Shown: one piece after another, positions 24,501-39,500 of the stretch
Numbering within the stretch: position 1 is the stretch's first letter
Layout: every line of letters begins with the position of its first letter
Source of the DNA: Tubulanus polymorphus
Taxonomy: Eukaryota > Animalia > Nemertea
Reading direction: 5' to 3'
Length of the DNA: 64,000 nt
NCBI RefSeq assembly: GCF_964204645.1
Contig: NW_027437432.1
Location: 149,653-213,652, forward strand
Translations under genes and position numbers: made by a program
The notes under the pieces: generated by a model
What the model was told of the DNA's origin: nothing
Database searches by the model: none
Seen by the model: only the letters and a program-made list of their open reading frames with translations

Positions 24501-27500
24501 CAGTGTTCCAGTCTCCACAGTTCCACAGTTCCAGTCTCCACAGTTCCACAGTTCCACAATTCTGAGCTAAGATTTGGTGATATATTGACAATGAACTGAC
24601 TAGTCAAATTTAACCGTGGAACCGCATGCCAGGTGTGGTTATTTGATCAGGGTACAGTTCCACAGTTAAACAGTTCCACATATCCACAGTATTGAGTTAA
24701 GAATGAATCCTATCTAATGGAACAGTATATAAACTAACAAACCTCTAATGTGAATGTAAGGACCACATCTAACTTGGAAAGAGCTGGTTCATTGTCTTCA
24801 GAAACTTCCATCTTCGATATCGAAGAACTTTGAGCTCTAAAAAATGATTACAAACATCAACAATTTAGAATTCATTAATATATCACATTTAATCGGGTTC
24901 AAATATCAATTTCCTCACAGAGAGAGAGAGCTGAACCTCTGAGGATATTTCAATCAATAGTTTCCCCCAAACAGTTGAAATGAAGCCATATTTCTAGCAA
25001 GTGTCAAGAAAAACTTATTCAATACAATTGGACCTTGTCTTCAGGTTACAATCCATCAGTTCATAATGCACTATTATTTATGACAAACGTTATGAAGTTT
25101 TACAGTATTTTGCCATGATTTTGGTTTTTCAGGGGAGGGGGAGGTGGACCCTTCAATTGAATTAGGCATTCAACGGATGTAAATAAGAGTGTCAGTTCAT
25201 ATTCAGTAGGTCTCAGTCTTAATCAATCGGTCAAGAACAAATACCCGATTAAAAACTCTCTCAGTGGCGTGCCACATTTTCTCCCTGTAGCGCACCACAC
25301 TCTGTTTTTTGATGGATTGTGTTATAGTCTATTATGAAAGGATTACTACGATATTTACTGAATATCGATATCAAAGCCTTTAATTCACGCAACAATTTAC
25401 ACAAGATGAGAACGGTTTACAGCTCATTACAACTCAACAACATCGGCCCTAGAAACATACAGTTCACTTCATGTTGGGCACAGTTATCATCATCTGGGCT
25501 CATTTACGGGCCTAGATCATCATCTGGGCTCATTTACGGGCCTAGATCATCATCTGGGCTCATTTACGGGCCTAGATCATCATCTGGGCTCATTTACGGG
25601 CCTAGATCATCATCTGGGCACATTTACGGGCCTAGATCATCATCTGGGCTCATTTACGGGCCTAGATCATCATCTGGGCTCATTTACGGGCCTAGATCAT
25701 CATCTGGGCTCATTTACGGGCCTAGATCATCATCTGGGCTCATTTACGGGCCTAGATCATCATCTGGGCTCATTTACGGGCCTAGATCATCATCTGGGCT
25801 CAGTTATATGGGCCAAGATGATTATGGAATGAATAAAGTCCAACAATATGCTGATAATCCATTGTCTGTCTGTGGAACATTGTCTAATTATTGTCCTGAT
25901 TTCAATTTTGTTTTTCTATGTTCTAATGGTTTTTTTTGGTCGAGTAATTGCAGTCTCGACAATCAATAAGGTCTGAGAATAGAAACTGGTGAAAACAAGG
26001 GTATTGTTAGTGAAAAGAGTTACCACACCTGATTGGTCACAAGTTACCACACCTGACTGGTCACCACTCACCTCACTGGTCACCACTGACCATTGCACCA
26101 ACTTACAAACTCAGTTGATCACTACAGCTCAGTGGTCTAGTGGTTAGGACAGAGGACTGGCAACTGAGAGACCCAGGTTCAAATCCCGGTGGAGGCTGCA
26201 GCTAGGGTTAGGGTTATGGACAAGCAAGGGTTATGGTACCGGTCACGGACCTAGGGTTAGGGTTAGGAATCTAGGGTTCAAGCAAGCGTTAGGGTTACCG
26301 ACCTATGGTTAAGGTTGGAGGCCATTTTGGTTGCAAGATTTCCTTTTTTGGAATAAAGAACTATCTTTGCGGTACTATTTTCTCTGCTGGGGTAAGAGTT
26401 CTGGGTACTGCAGTGACTCCACACTGTCCTTGAAATGTCTAGCCTTAGGTATATGAAGGTCATGAATTATTGATTTGTCCTGTGTTCAGATCAAGGTTAA
26501 AATGAAAGAGAAGATTGAACTGATGACGATTGAATTACGTATCCAGAAATTAAATCAATTAATCAAATATAAGTGTAGCTAGAAACAAAAGAATTCTAGT
26601 AACATTTCAGAGGTAGAATGAGGGAGTTGATTATAGAGGGACCCTGTATAGCACCAGTCTATTAGTGATGGAGAATAAATCAATAGATATTATTGATTAA
26701 TTATTTATATGTTGTTGTATATGTATGTGTATCGAGGTCTCAATTATTCAGTAATATTTGTATCTGGTTTATTTGATATTCTATCACACGATTCATCGTA
26801 GATTTATTAATGATAATCTTAAATCATTTTGTAATTTGAATATTCAAGTGAATAAAGCAGTTTTATATTGCGCGTGGGGGGTCATATGGTAGATGAGTTG
26901 AAGGTTCACGCTGATCATGAAGAGTCTATATTCATCCAGGCTCACAATGACCGGCTATAGTTAGAGATTACTGCGGATGAATCTGTTTCCTAGATGACTG
27001 GTCTCTCATTACAGATGACTGCATATTGTCTGTATCGATGGGGGTCAACAACAGGCCATTAGAGATATATATATGGAGAGAGAGTGTGAGGGGTCTGTCT
27101 GTCATCGGTCTCTCAGTTTCTGGTAGCAGGCAGCGTGGATGCTACATCTTCTGTCCCCCCCACTCTCTCTCTCTCCCCTCTCTCTCTCTCTCTCCCCCGC
27201 TCTCTCTCTCTACCCCGCTCTCTCTCTCGTTATAGTCTAGGCTTTCTCATGATTAACATCACAATTTAAAATTCAACATGGCTGCTATGACAGACTCTTC
27301 ACTAAAGATGGCTGCAATGGCAGACTCTTCACTAAAAATTGCTGCAATGACAGACAGCACACTAAAGATGGCTGCAATGGCAGACAGCACACTAAAGATG
27401 GCTGCAATGGCAGACAGCACACTAAAGATGGCTGCAATGGCAGACTGCACACTAAAGATGGCTGCAATGGCAGACTGAACACTAAAGATGGCTGCTATGG

Positions 27501-30500
27501 CAGACAGCACACTAAAGATGGCTGCAATGGCAGACAGCACACTAAAGATGGCTGCAATGGCAGACAGCACACTAAAGATGGCTGCAATGACAGACAGCAC
27601 ACTAAAGATGGCTGCAATGGCAGACAGCACACTAAAGATGGCTGCAATGGCAGACAGCACACTAAAGATGGCTGCAATGACAGACAGCACACTAAAGATG
27701 GCTGCAATGGCAGACTGCACACTAAAGATGGCTGCAATGGCAGCGTGTTGTATATGAATCCGTGCACCTGCCACCATTGTTGTGAGATTTAAAACAGATT
27801 TACAAACTACACGAGTGCAACCGTGTTCTACAGTCCGTTCCATAATCATATTCAAACTCAAACACAGTTGATTATGAATCTGTTAGTTACCACACAGATC
27901 AGTGTATCGATTATCTCATTATAGGGCTGTACGTACTCAAAGTCTGATGATATCTCGAACTGAAAATCTCAAGAAATGATCTTGAGATTTTTTGATGAGA
28001 TGACTTTGAAATGCGGAGCCCTAAGGCACAGTGACACACGGACTATATGAAGAGCTAATTGAGTTGTTATGAGCAGCAGGAGCAGCACACGAGCAGCAGA
28101 CAAAGAGCAGACAACTCTTACCTACGCAGATGAGACGAAGTCTTGAAATTAACGTTTTTACGAATACTAATTTACAACGAAATAAATAAATAAAAATTTA
28201 ATATGAAATAATCATATTCTTAAAAATGAATTATAAAAGCCAGGTTAGAAAGAATAATGAATGAATAAGTATTTAGAGATTGTGAGAGTCTGTTTATGTT
28301 GAACTCAGTTTCACAAGTAAACTCCAAAATCAATTTCTAAGATGAAACTTAGGAAGTAATGATGAAATTAACTTGATTTGAGTTAAACATTTTTGTAAAA
28401 GTGGTAGCGATGTTTAGGGTCAGTTTAGATTATAAAGCGGGCCAGGGGAATCTTTCTGATTGGATGTAAGTATTCTAATTCTAACTGTGAAATTAATATA
28501 AAATATTAAAACAAAAATAACTAATAAAAATAAATAAATCAAGTTAAACGTTAATCTGAATAAATAGTTTATTTTGTCGTTAGAGGGTCAGAATAAAAAC
28601 GATTATATTTCTGAGGCTGGAATAAAATACCTCTTGATATGTTCAGACAAAGCTGAATAGAGAGTTGGAGAAACAGTTTTAATATATTCCACTTGAGACG
28701 CTGTCAACCTGAATATTCAAATATATCTTTCAGAAATATTTCTATTTTTTCATAATTTTTCAAACATTTATTGTAAATAAAAAGCAAATTAAAATACTCG
28801 CAACTCATTCAAAATTAAACATAAAAATCGAACAAAAACAAAAAGAAAGAATAAAGAAAAAAAAACATTCATATAACATTTTTAAAACATACATTTTTAT
28901 CATGAATCGAAAAGTGTCAAGTCAGGAGAAAAATCCGTTCTACAGATACAGATACTTGTTGATTGAATTCAAAATTGATAATAAATAATTCATGAAACCC
29001 TTTATTCACGACCCCTCCCACTCCCCCTTACCCTCCCTCCTCATAGATGTGACCCCACTCCCCCTTACCCTCACTCCTCATAGATGTGACCCCACTCCCC
29101 CTTACCCTCCTCCTCATAGATGTGACCCCACTCCCCCTTACCCTCCTCCTCATAGATGTGACCCCACTCCCCCTTACCCTCACTCCTCATAGATGTGACC
29201 CCACTCCCCCTTACCCTCCCTCCTCATAGATGTGACTCCACTCCCCCTTACCCTCCTCCTCATAGATGTGACCCCACTCCCCCTTACCCTCACTCCTCAT
29301 AGATGTGACCCCACTCCCCCTTACCCTCACTCCTCATAGATGTGACCCCACTCCCCCTTACCCTCCTCCTCATAGATGTGATCCCGCTCCCCCTTACCCT
29401 CACTCCTCATAGATGTGACCCCACTCCCCCTTACCCTCACTCCTCATAGATGTGACCCCACTCCCCCTTACCCTCCTCCTCATAGATGTGACCCCACTCC
29501 CCCTTACCCTCCTCCTCATAGATGTGACCCCACTCCCCCTTACCCTCACTCCTCATAGATGTGACCCCACTCCCCCTTACCCTCACTCCTCATAGATGTG
29601 ACCCCACTCCCCCTTACCCTCACTCCTCATAGATGTGACCCCACTCCCCCTTACCCTCACTCCTCATAGATGTGACCCCACTCCCCCTTACCCTCCTCCT
29701 CATAGATGTGACTCCACTCCCCCTTACCCTCACTCCTCATAGATGTGACCCCACTCCCCCTTACCCTCCCTCCTCATAGATGTGACCCCACTCCCCCTTA
29801 CCCTCACTCCTCATAGATGTGACCCCACTCCCCCTTACCCTCACTCCTCATAGATGTGGGTAAGATGACAGATCACTAGGGTCAAGGTGAATCAATATTC
29901 AAATGAAGTAAATGAAAGAACACAAATTCTAGACATGGTTCTCTCAAATCCGTGGTAATCTTCAAAATGGAATCTAGTTGCATGCAGCTCTCCGAGTACG
30001 ACCAGCGGAGGTTAATGATGTCTTTACTCCTTTAGAATGCACTGTGATTCTTAATCACATGTAGCTAGAAAAACAGCAGCAGCTGCTGCATCCGGATACC
30101 GAATACACCACACTGTATCCGGATACCGAATACAACACAATGTATCCGGATACCGAATACAACACACTGTATCCGGATACCGAATACACCACACTGTATC
30201 CGGATACCGAATACACCACACTGTATTCGGATACCGAATACAACACAATGTATCCGGATACCGAATACACCACACTGTATCCGGATACCGAATACACCAC
30301 ACTGTATTCGGATACCGAATACAACACAATGTATCCGACTACCGAATACACCACACTGTATCCGGATACCGAATACACCACACTGTATTCGGATACCGAA
30401 TAAAACACACTGTATCCGGATACCGAATACACCACACTGCATTCGGATACCGAATACACCACACTGTATCCGGATACCGAATACACCACACTGTATCCGG

Positions 30501-33500
30501 ATACCGAATACACCACACTGTATCCGGATACCAAATAAAACACACTGTATCCGGTTCCACAGTTAACCATTGAAAATGAAAACTGTGGATCTGAAAAGCG
30601 ACGAATATTATATCAATTTTAACGTTCGTTTATAGTTTATATTCTCAAATCTATCTTGATTTATTTATACAGATATAAAAAGAAGCTGTTAAATAGACAG
30701 TAGCAGACGCCGTGTGTATCATATAGCAATATGCAAATTGATCTCGTTTAATCCTGCATTCTCTTTAAAGCCTTATTCGCATAATTTAGCAATCTTTAAA
30801 TATACAACATCTGGATCCAATCTTACAGTTCTTCAGTTTAACTCAGTTTATACCGTTAATCATTACAAATGTTTTAAATAATGTCAAATCTGAGCTCAAT
30901 ACTGTAAAACTGGGTCCAGATTCGTTTTGAGTAGAAGAAAACCTGGACCAGTTTAAACCCGGGGCTAACTGAATATTTAAGCTAACCCGCGTGGTCTAAG
31001 TTAGAACCGGTCTATGAGGAGTATATGAATATTTTACCTAGCGTTTTGTCTTAAACGATACATTGCGTAATTCTCCTGACGTCTAAAATTCAATTCAACA
31101 AGAAACAAAAAGGTAACAAAACAATAAATCAATAAACAATAAACTTCATCCTCCCTCGGCAGGGATTCAAACCTGATGACATCATGAAGAACTGAGTACC
31201 AGTTTGAATCCTTGCTGAGGGAGGATGGGCCAACTCATACTAAATAACTGTCTATCAGTATCTAGATACCTGTGATACCATCATAAGTATCTAGATATCT
31301 GTGATACCATCATAAGTATCTAGATATCTGTGATACCTATAATGCTCTCATTTGACTTCATATCTTTGAAATCTCTGAATATTGAAATCGATATTGAGAG
31401 AAGTAAGGATGAAAGTCTCCCTTCCTCCCTCCCTGCATCACTCCCTCCCTCCCTGCGTCACTCCCTTACTCCCTCCCTCCCTGCGTCACTCCCTTACTCC
31501 CTCCCTCCCTGCGTCACTCCCTCCCTACATCACTCCCTTCCTCCCTGCGTCACTCCCTCCCTGCATCAATTCATATGAATTTCATATAAATAGAAATTTC
31601 TTCAGTAACTTCACTTCATATACAAAAATAACATCCACTCAAAACTCAGTTCACGTTTATAGATTTCTATAAAATTCAACAGATCTTTTAGACTTATCTC
31701 CTTAACTTGACCCCAATTTATAGACCGGGTATCAAAATTATCCCCACACCGCAGTTACATAAAAACCATAAAAAACAGCCAGATTTTGAAATGTATCTAG
31801 GTTACCACACTCCTCAAATAGATGGCAAAACTGATCAGCGAACCCTACCTGTTATATCGTTTTAATTTCTGAATGGAATATTTCGAATCTGTGCTTCCTT
31901 TTGACACTGGTAGACTTTCTAGATTTGCCATTAATAAATTTATGGATGACTTCAATTCTTCGATGTACATACTCTCCATTTCTTTAACTACAAACTTTGG
32001 AAACCGACGAGTCTGAAATTAGGAGAAAATAATAATATCTTATTCTTTTTTTTTCTCTCGAAACCAAAAAGTTAAATTCATCATAATTTTAGTCACGTTC
32101 TATCACAGCATTGAAATTAATTTCGGATGTATTTTACAACAGTTTCAAAATTTTAAAGTATTGAAAAATAGATTAGAAAATCATATCTTCAATATTTTGA
32201 TCGCACAGGAAGAAACTAAGCAATCATATATAGTTTACAGTGTAACTCAGATAAGTCGTCACATGACTATTTTTAGTCTCAATTTCTATTTTCAATTCAA
32301 TTTAGGAAATGTAACTTGTCATTAGGAAAAGTTGTCAACTTAATGACCATCACAACGAAGACGACTTAAGCCGAGAGTTCTAACTGTAGTATTTGAACGC
32401 CAATGACTAGAATATATTAACATGTTCCGCATTTAGACGTTAAAAGATAAAATAAAAAAAAATTAAACACATGATACCGCTTTTCATGAATGCAAAAAAC
32501 AAAAAGAGGATTACAAAAATAGGAAAGGATAGGGTAAAACAGCCACCCTCAAAGTCACTCTCTCTCTCTGTAGCTTCAAATTGCACTTGGAACAAATCTC
32601 ATCTTTCAAAAACAATAAAATCATCGAAAACTTTGACGATTTCTGTAGAATTGTCTTTGGAAAGAGATTTGACATTTCTATTCTCTCAAGACTTTTACAG
32701 ATTCGTGCAATGTGCATTCACATTTATATACATATAGGATTCATGCATTTCAGTGTCAGTGAACAAACACGTGACGATTTGTCCCCTTGCTTAATGCCAA
32801 CAGAATAATATCAAATATCCACGAACAAACTTGTAACGAATAGTCCCCTTGCTTTACACCCAGATAATAGTATCAAATAAACCGCTGCATTAAGTTAAAA
32901 CTAAAACTTCACAAAAAGACTTATTTTTTACGTCATTACATCAGTAGTTTTCTACGACGAGATACTTCAGAACGCGAGCTCTTGTAATGTTTGATTTGAT
33001 GTTGTTTTGTTTGTATGCAACATTGTACCTGTAAAATCTTATGTTGCAAAAACGCAACATTTCTTTTTAGATTTAAATTTCCAATTCATATCAGGTACTT
33101 ACACAACTTGGAAAAATAGAACTGTTGAGTAACTTATTTCTCACACAATCAAGTGCTATTAGAATATGTTTTTGAAAGGATTTTTAACCAATATTTTATA
33201 AAGAATGAAAGCAAAAAATGCAATTTTAGAATAAATGAAAATGAAAATACGTTAAGAGACCCACGATTATTCAATGATAAAGTTTCCCAGTCCAGGGCCA
33301 GGGTTTCACAGTCGAGACTTAAGTCTAAAAAGTTATCAGTTATAAGACTATAGAATGAAAATGTTAAAATCTTTGACCGTTACTGGATCAATGAGTTTCA
33401 ACAGTGGAACCAGGCCCTGGATCCAGAACTGTCAGTATGAATAGACCACGCTTGAAACAAGTGCCTCAGATTATATGACCTCCGCAAGACAAAATGTTTA

Positions 33501-36500
33501 GAATTTTTCCACTCCCAATTCATGCACTGACAACCCATTGTAGCTGCCCGGGAATTCATTGGTCCCGCCGGATCTGAGGCTATCGAGTTAACTGCATCAC
33601 AATCGTGGGTCACAGTAAAAATATCCTTGTAATGTGATTCATAGAAATAAAATAAAATTCAGTTTGAATTTTCAAACAGTAGACCAGTAAATAATCAATA
33701 ATCGGAAATCATCATTCCAAATCCGGATTTATTTTCAATTCGTGAAAAATGACTTTTAATCTAAACCAGGGATTAATGATCACCGGTCGAGAGTGACAGC
33801 TATCATCAAAAATCAATAGCGATTTGTCTCATACAGAATCAGCCAATCAACACGCTCGTTTTCGAAATCATGTGACACATAAAGCCGACATCGAATAATC
33901 GGGAATTTTCTCTAAACTAAGAAATTTCTGGCTTCAAAAACAGAGAAAAACTGTGTTGGAAAAAAATAATAATAATTTCCTTTTGCTACGGTGCATAAAT
34001 ATTCGATATAAAAATATCAAAATACACGTCATGCGCTGAATTAAAATATCAATTTCATCTCAGATATATCATTTAAAAATCATCGGTTTTAACTCAGCAA
34101 ATATCATGCAATTTTGATATAAAAGTGCATTCAATATGTTTGTATGATATATACATCTCACATTGCGAAACATTGCAAACTCAATCTCCAATAATAATAA
34201 TAATAATAATAATAATCATTATTACTAATATATGTATATATATGTATGAGTGTAAAATTTCTATGCAAATAAATCACATTACAAGTCGAGGCAGCGTAAA
34301 AATCAAGAGACAAAAACGATCGAAATAAAAACTTTCAGCGTTGTTTTTTAAATAGTTTTTTTTTCTAGTTTTGATTTTATTTCGTCGAATATTTTTTACC
34401 TTCACCCTATCAAAATGCCACTCCCAATAACGTTCAGAGCTAACGTCCTTTGGCTACAAGAGAATTAACAAACGGGAGAAAAAAATAAAATAAGCAATGT
34501 TTAAAAAAACGGCAAAACAGCGGACGAACGATCGTCCCGGGAGACAGAACCCATCACCCGGCAACCACACTCGAGCAACAATCAATATATATATATATTT
34601 ACAAAACAGTATCGTTTCCGTGACGACGAAGCAACAATGCTGAAAAGTAACATCGGGGATGAAGATAAAATTGAAGAGAATGATGTTTACAGTAGAGAAG
34701 CATTCAGCGTAGAGGAGGAGGATGATGATGATACGTATGACTCCAATACTTAGAATGCAGAGGAGGAGGATGATGATGATACGTATGACTCTTATACTCA
34801 GAATGCAGAGGAGGAGGAGGAGGATGATACGTATGACTCCAATACTTAGAATGCAGAGGAGGAGGATGATGATGATACGTATGACTCCAATACTTAGAAT
34901 GCAGAGGAGGAGGATGATGATGATACGTATGACTCCAATACTTAGAATGCAGAGGAGGAGGATGATGATGATACGTATGACTCCAATACTTAGAATGCAG
35001 AGGAGGAGGATGATGATGATACATATGACTCTTATACTTAATATATCAGAAATTCATATTCTCCAAGTAACTGCAGCAATACGGGCAGTGACCCGTGGGG
35101 CACGGGCACGATGGTCGCACGGGCACGACGGGGCACGGGCACGATTGGGTACGGGCACGATTGGGTACGGGCACGGTTGGGTACGGGCATGACGGGGTAC
35201 GGGCACGACGGGGCACTGGCACCACAGGGCACAGGCATGACGGGGCACAGGCACCACGGGGCACGGGAACCACGGGCATGACGGGGCACGGGCACCACGG
35301 GGCACAGGCATGACGGGGCACGGGAACCACGGGGCACGGGCTCTGTAAAACATTCTTCACACCTTATTAGACCATTCTCAAGATAAAACTGGGCTAAGCT
35401 CATTCTGGTGCAGCTGTACTCTGCCATTTTCTTCTTCCCTTGTGCAAATAATGCTTAAATAATCGCGATCTATTTATGAGTTTTATGAATGATAACTGGC
35501 CCCTGATTTTTGTTTATAAGAAAAAAGATGAAATTATCGAAGGTAGAAGCAGATAAAAGATAAACCTAGATTGAGATAAAATATGTGAGAAAAAATAGAG
35601 ATCAAAATATGAATGAATGATTGAATATTAGAAAATATAGTGTCTTAAAAATAGAAAGCGTTTGAAGAAGCCGTGATTGAAAATCATCGTCTAGCGGTAG
35701 AAATCATTCCACGGTGGATAAAATCATTCCACGGTGGATAAAAAACCGATCAGTGGTTCTAAACAGCTACTGAATACCGTTAATACAGACTGACCAATAG
35801 CTGTCTATATCCAGACTGACCAATAGCTGTCTATGACCAGACTGACCAATAGCTGTCTATGACCAGACTGACCAATGGCTGTCTATGACCAGACTGACCA
35901 ATAGCTGTCTATGACCAGACTGACCAATAGCTGTCTATGACCAGAATGACCAATAGCTGTCTATGACCAGACTGACCAATAGCTGTCTATGACCATACTG
36001 ACCAATAGCTGTCTATGACCAGACTGACCAATAGCTGTCTATGACCAGACTGACCAATAGCTGTCTATATCCAGACTGACCAATGGCTGTCTATGACCAG
36101 ACTGACCAATAGCTGTCTATGACCAGACTGACCAATAGCTGTCTATGACCAGACTGACCAATAGCTGTCTATGACCAGACTGACCAATAGCTGTCTATGA
36201 CCAGACTGACCAATGGCTGTCTATGACCAGACTGACCAATGGCTGTCTATGACTAGACTGACCAATAGCTGTCTATGACCAGACTGACCAATAGCTGCCT
36301 ATGACCAGACTGACCAATGGCTGTCTATGACCAGACTGACCAATAGCTGTCTATGACCAGACTGACCAATGGCTGTCTATGACCAGACTGACCAATGGCT
36401 GTCTATGACCAGACTGACCAATAGCTGTCTATGACCAGACTGACCAATAGCTGTCTATATCCAGACTGACCAATAGCTGTCTATGACCTGACTGACCAAT

Positions 36501-39500
36501 AGCTGTCTATGACCAGACTGACCAATGGCTGTCTATGACCAGACTGACCAATAGCTGTCTATGACCAGACTGACCAGTAGCGAAAATATCAATATCAAAT
36601 TGATGTCGTTGTTTAGAAGCTGAGAGAGAGAGAGAGAGAGCGCAGAGAGAGAGAGAGAGAGAGAGAGACAACAGCAACATGCTGAGTGAGAACAACTGTG
36701 GATGCACACATTAACAGTGTCACCACACATCTGAGAGTGAGAACGCACAGACAATGAGAGTTATTACAGTAAACAGTAAACACTGAGATATATAGTTACA
36801 GTAGACAGTACTAGAAGATTTACAGTCAACTTTTAGAAGATTAGTTTTAAGGACTTGAAAATGAGAGGTACCCTACGGCATACTCCCCCCGACCCTCAAT
36901 ACCATCGGGCAATATCATTACTATGATTATGACACGTATAAGCGATCACTATGGAAACAAAATGAATATATATTCATTTAGAGTTGTACGATGAGGAACA
37001 CACACGCAGACACGGACTGACGCACAACAGGCCATGAGTAGTTAGTGATTTGTGGATGTAACGACAACATTATCTAGCAACAATCGTTTAAATCGGGGTT
37101 CTTAGTCGAGGGGGGAAAAATAATAATTAAAAAACATTCCAAATACCACCGAAATAAAGATATATAATATCTACAATCATTAGTGCTTACCTTCAACTAG
37201 ATTTATTAATTTATTTTTTTTTTTTTGAGAGGAAAAAGTTTGAGAAAGAAAAGGATTAGTTTTCGCTTAATTATTGTCGGTAACCGTCGACGACACGAGA
37301 AAAAAAAAAGACGAGAAAAAATTGTTTTCATAAAAATTGATAGGAAATTCAGAGATGGTCCCTTGATAGAAGCAGGTCAAGGTCAATCAAATGGAGGAAC
37401 GAAACTGGAGTAACAGACGCTAATCGTCTTTAGAATTAATCCTTTCAGGCGAAGAAAGAAAAATCCACTCCCACTCACGCCACTCCCCTCCCTCCCCTCC
37501 CCTCCCCCTCACTGAAATATAAACATCATGAATAAATACGCACAGATAAAATGATTAGGTAACATTTTTAATTTTTTGCAGAAATTTCTAAACTTCAAAA
37601 ACACCGGTTCCAGTTTCACAGATCTGTAATTTTACTCTTAAAACACGTTGAATCTAATGTTAGTGAAAGTGAACCCGGTTCACAGTGAACCCAATTCCTC
37701 CTCAGTTAAAATATAACTGTTTAGTCAAATTCTAATTCTAGGATGATTTTTACCTTTGCCATTTCTTCACAATGCATCAAACGACCATCTAATTCTCGTC
37801 TTACTTGAGCGGCTTGTTCATCAGCATTATCCAACTATAAATATAAAATATAGGGGGCGTTCATCAGCATTATCCAACTACAAATATAAAATATAGGGGG
37901 CGTTCATCAGCATTATCCAACTACAAATATAAAATATAGGGGGCGTTCATCAGCATTATCCAACTACAAAATATAACAATATGACTATAATAGATTTGAC
38001 AAATCTTATGCTACAGGTGGCGCATGGCACTGCACGGTACTGCGCACGGCTGCATGGCACTGCACAGTACTGCGCACGGCTGCATGGCACTGCATGGTAT
38101 GGCATGTCACTGCACGGCACATGCAGCTTTCAAACATCAATACTAACATGCTATCAGTCTAAACTCAATTATTACCATGACAACCACTACTATTGAAATA
38201 CTCCTTCAAACAAGTCTCCTCCAAGTTCACTCCGGTGCTCCAACTCCACTCTGACCTCACATCGTAGAGATCTTTGAACTGTGACCTCGATCATGGGGTA
38301 CTTTGGCCTCAATTTAGGGAGAACTATAACCTCAGTCTAGGGAGAGCAATGACCTCAGTTCAGGGAGAACTTTGACCTCAGTTTAGGGAGAACTTTGACC
38401 TCAGTTTAGGGAGAACTATGACCTCAGTTTAGGGAGAACTTTGACCTCAGTTTAGGGAGAACTTTGACCTCAGTTTAGGGAGAACTATGACCTCAATTTA
38501 GGGAGAACTATGACCTCAGTTTAGGGAGAACTTTGACCTCAGTTTAGGGAGAACTATGACCTCAGTTTAGGGAGAACTTTGACCTCAGTTTAGGGAGAAC
38601 TATGACCTCAGTTTAGGGAGAACTATGACCTCAGTTTAGGGAGAACTTTGACCTCAGTTTAGGGAGAACTATGACCTCAGTTTAGGGAGAACTTTGACCT
38701 CAGTTTAGGGAGAACTATGACCTCAGTTTAGGGAGCAAAGAGAGTCATAGTTTTAAGGGCAGCCTCTGCAATTTATATCCATTCAGTCATATTGAAATCT
38801 GGCCACAAAATTTGACACATTTTTCACGTAGCTTTCTATTTCATCACAAAGTATTTCAGTCAATTCAGGTGAATATTATATTTCAAGAGCTTTTTTTCTG
38901 TTTGTTGTAAATCGACAGCATTGATGATAAAACTACCACAGGACATTAACACATTTAACATTCACACACTGATAAATAAATGCGATAATATAAATATCGG
39001 TGTCATATCCTGTTTCATCCGTTAAACAACCTAAATATAATTCATCCTGGTTGCCATCGGGGAGAATAGGTATTTACATCACCAGCCGTACACGGCTTGT
39101 AGCAGTTATTGAAGAGTCAACTGAGTTTAATAATTGATAATATACGACCTGTAAAACTACGTGGATCGGATATATGATAGATCACGCAGTTCACACCTAC
39201 ACACTATATCTATAATTGTGAATCATTTGATCACGGACAATTGTGATCAGTTCTGATATCACTAATAAATCAAGATCATACACAATAACTGTGTAATATA
39301 CAGGGTCCGATCTAAGGAATGAAAGCCACTTGCCCGGGGGGGGCAAGCGTATCTGAAATTTCGCTTGCCCCCTCCAAAAGCTACTTGCCCTACACAGGCA
39401 GTCCGATTGGTGGCGCTATCATCCGTTGTATCTAGTGGGGAAAAAGCTTTGCGATATAAAATTGCACTAGCCCGGGGGACAAGTGATAATGATAACCTAC

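Noticed and set aside
26125-26198. Functional tRNA gene (also the copy near 3975-4048)
   Set aside because: A/B boxes are present but the acceptor and anticodon stems do not pair; it is part of a dispersed repeat.
37191-37196. 6-nt microexon with GTAAGC donor
   Set aside because: Upstream sequence is A-rich with no polypyrimidine tract.
38305-38735. Telomere or interstitial telomere (TTTAGGG)
   Set aside because: One heptamer per 23-bp unit, not a tandem telomeric tract.
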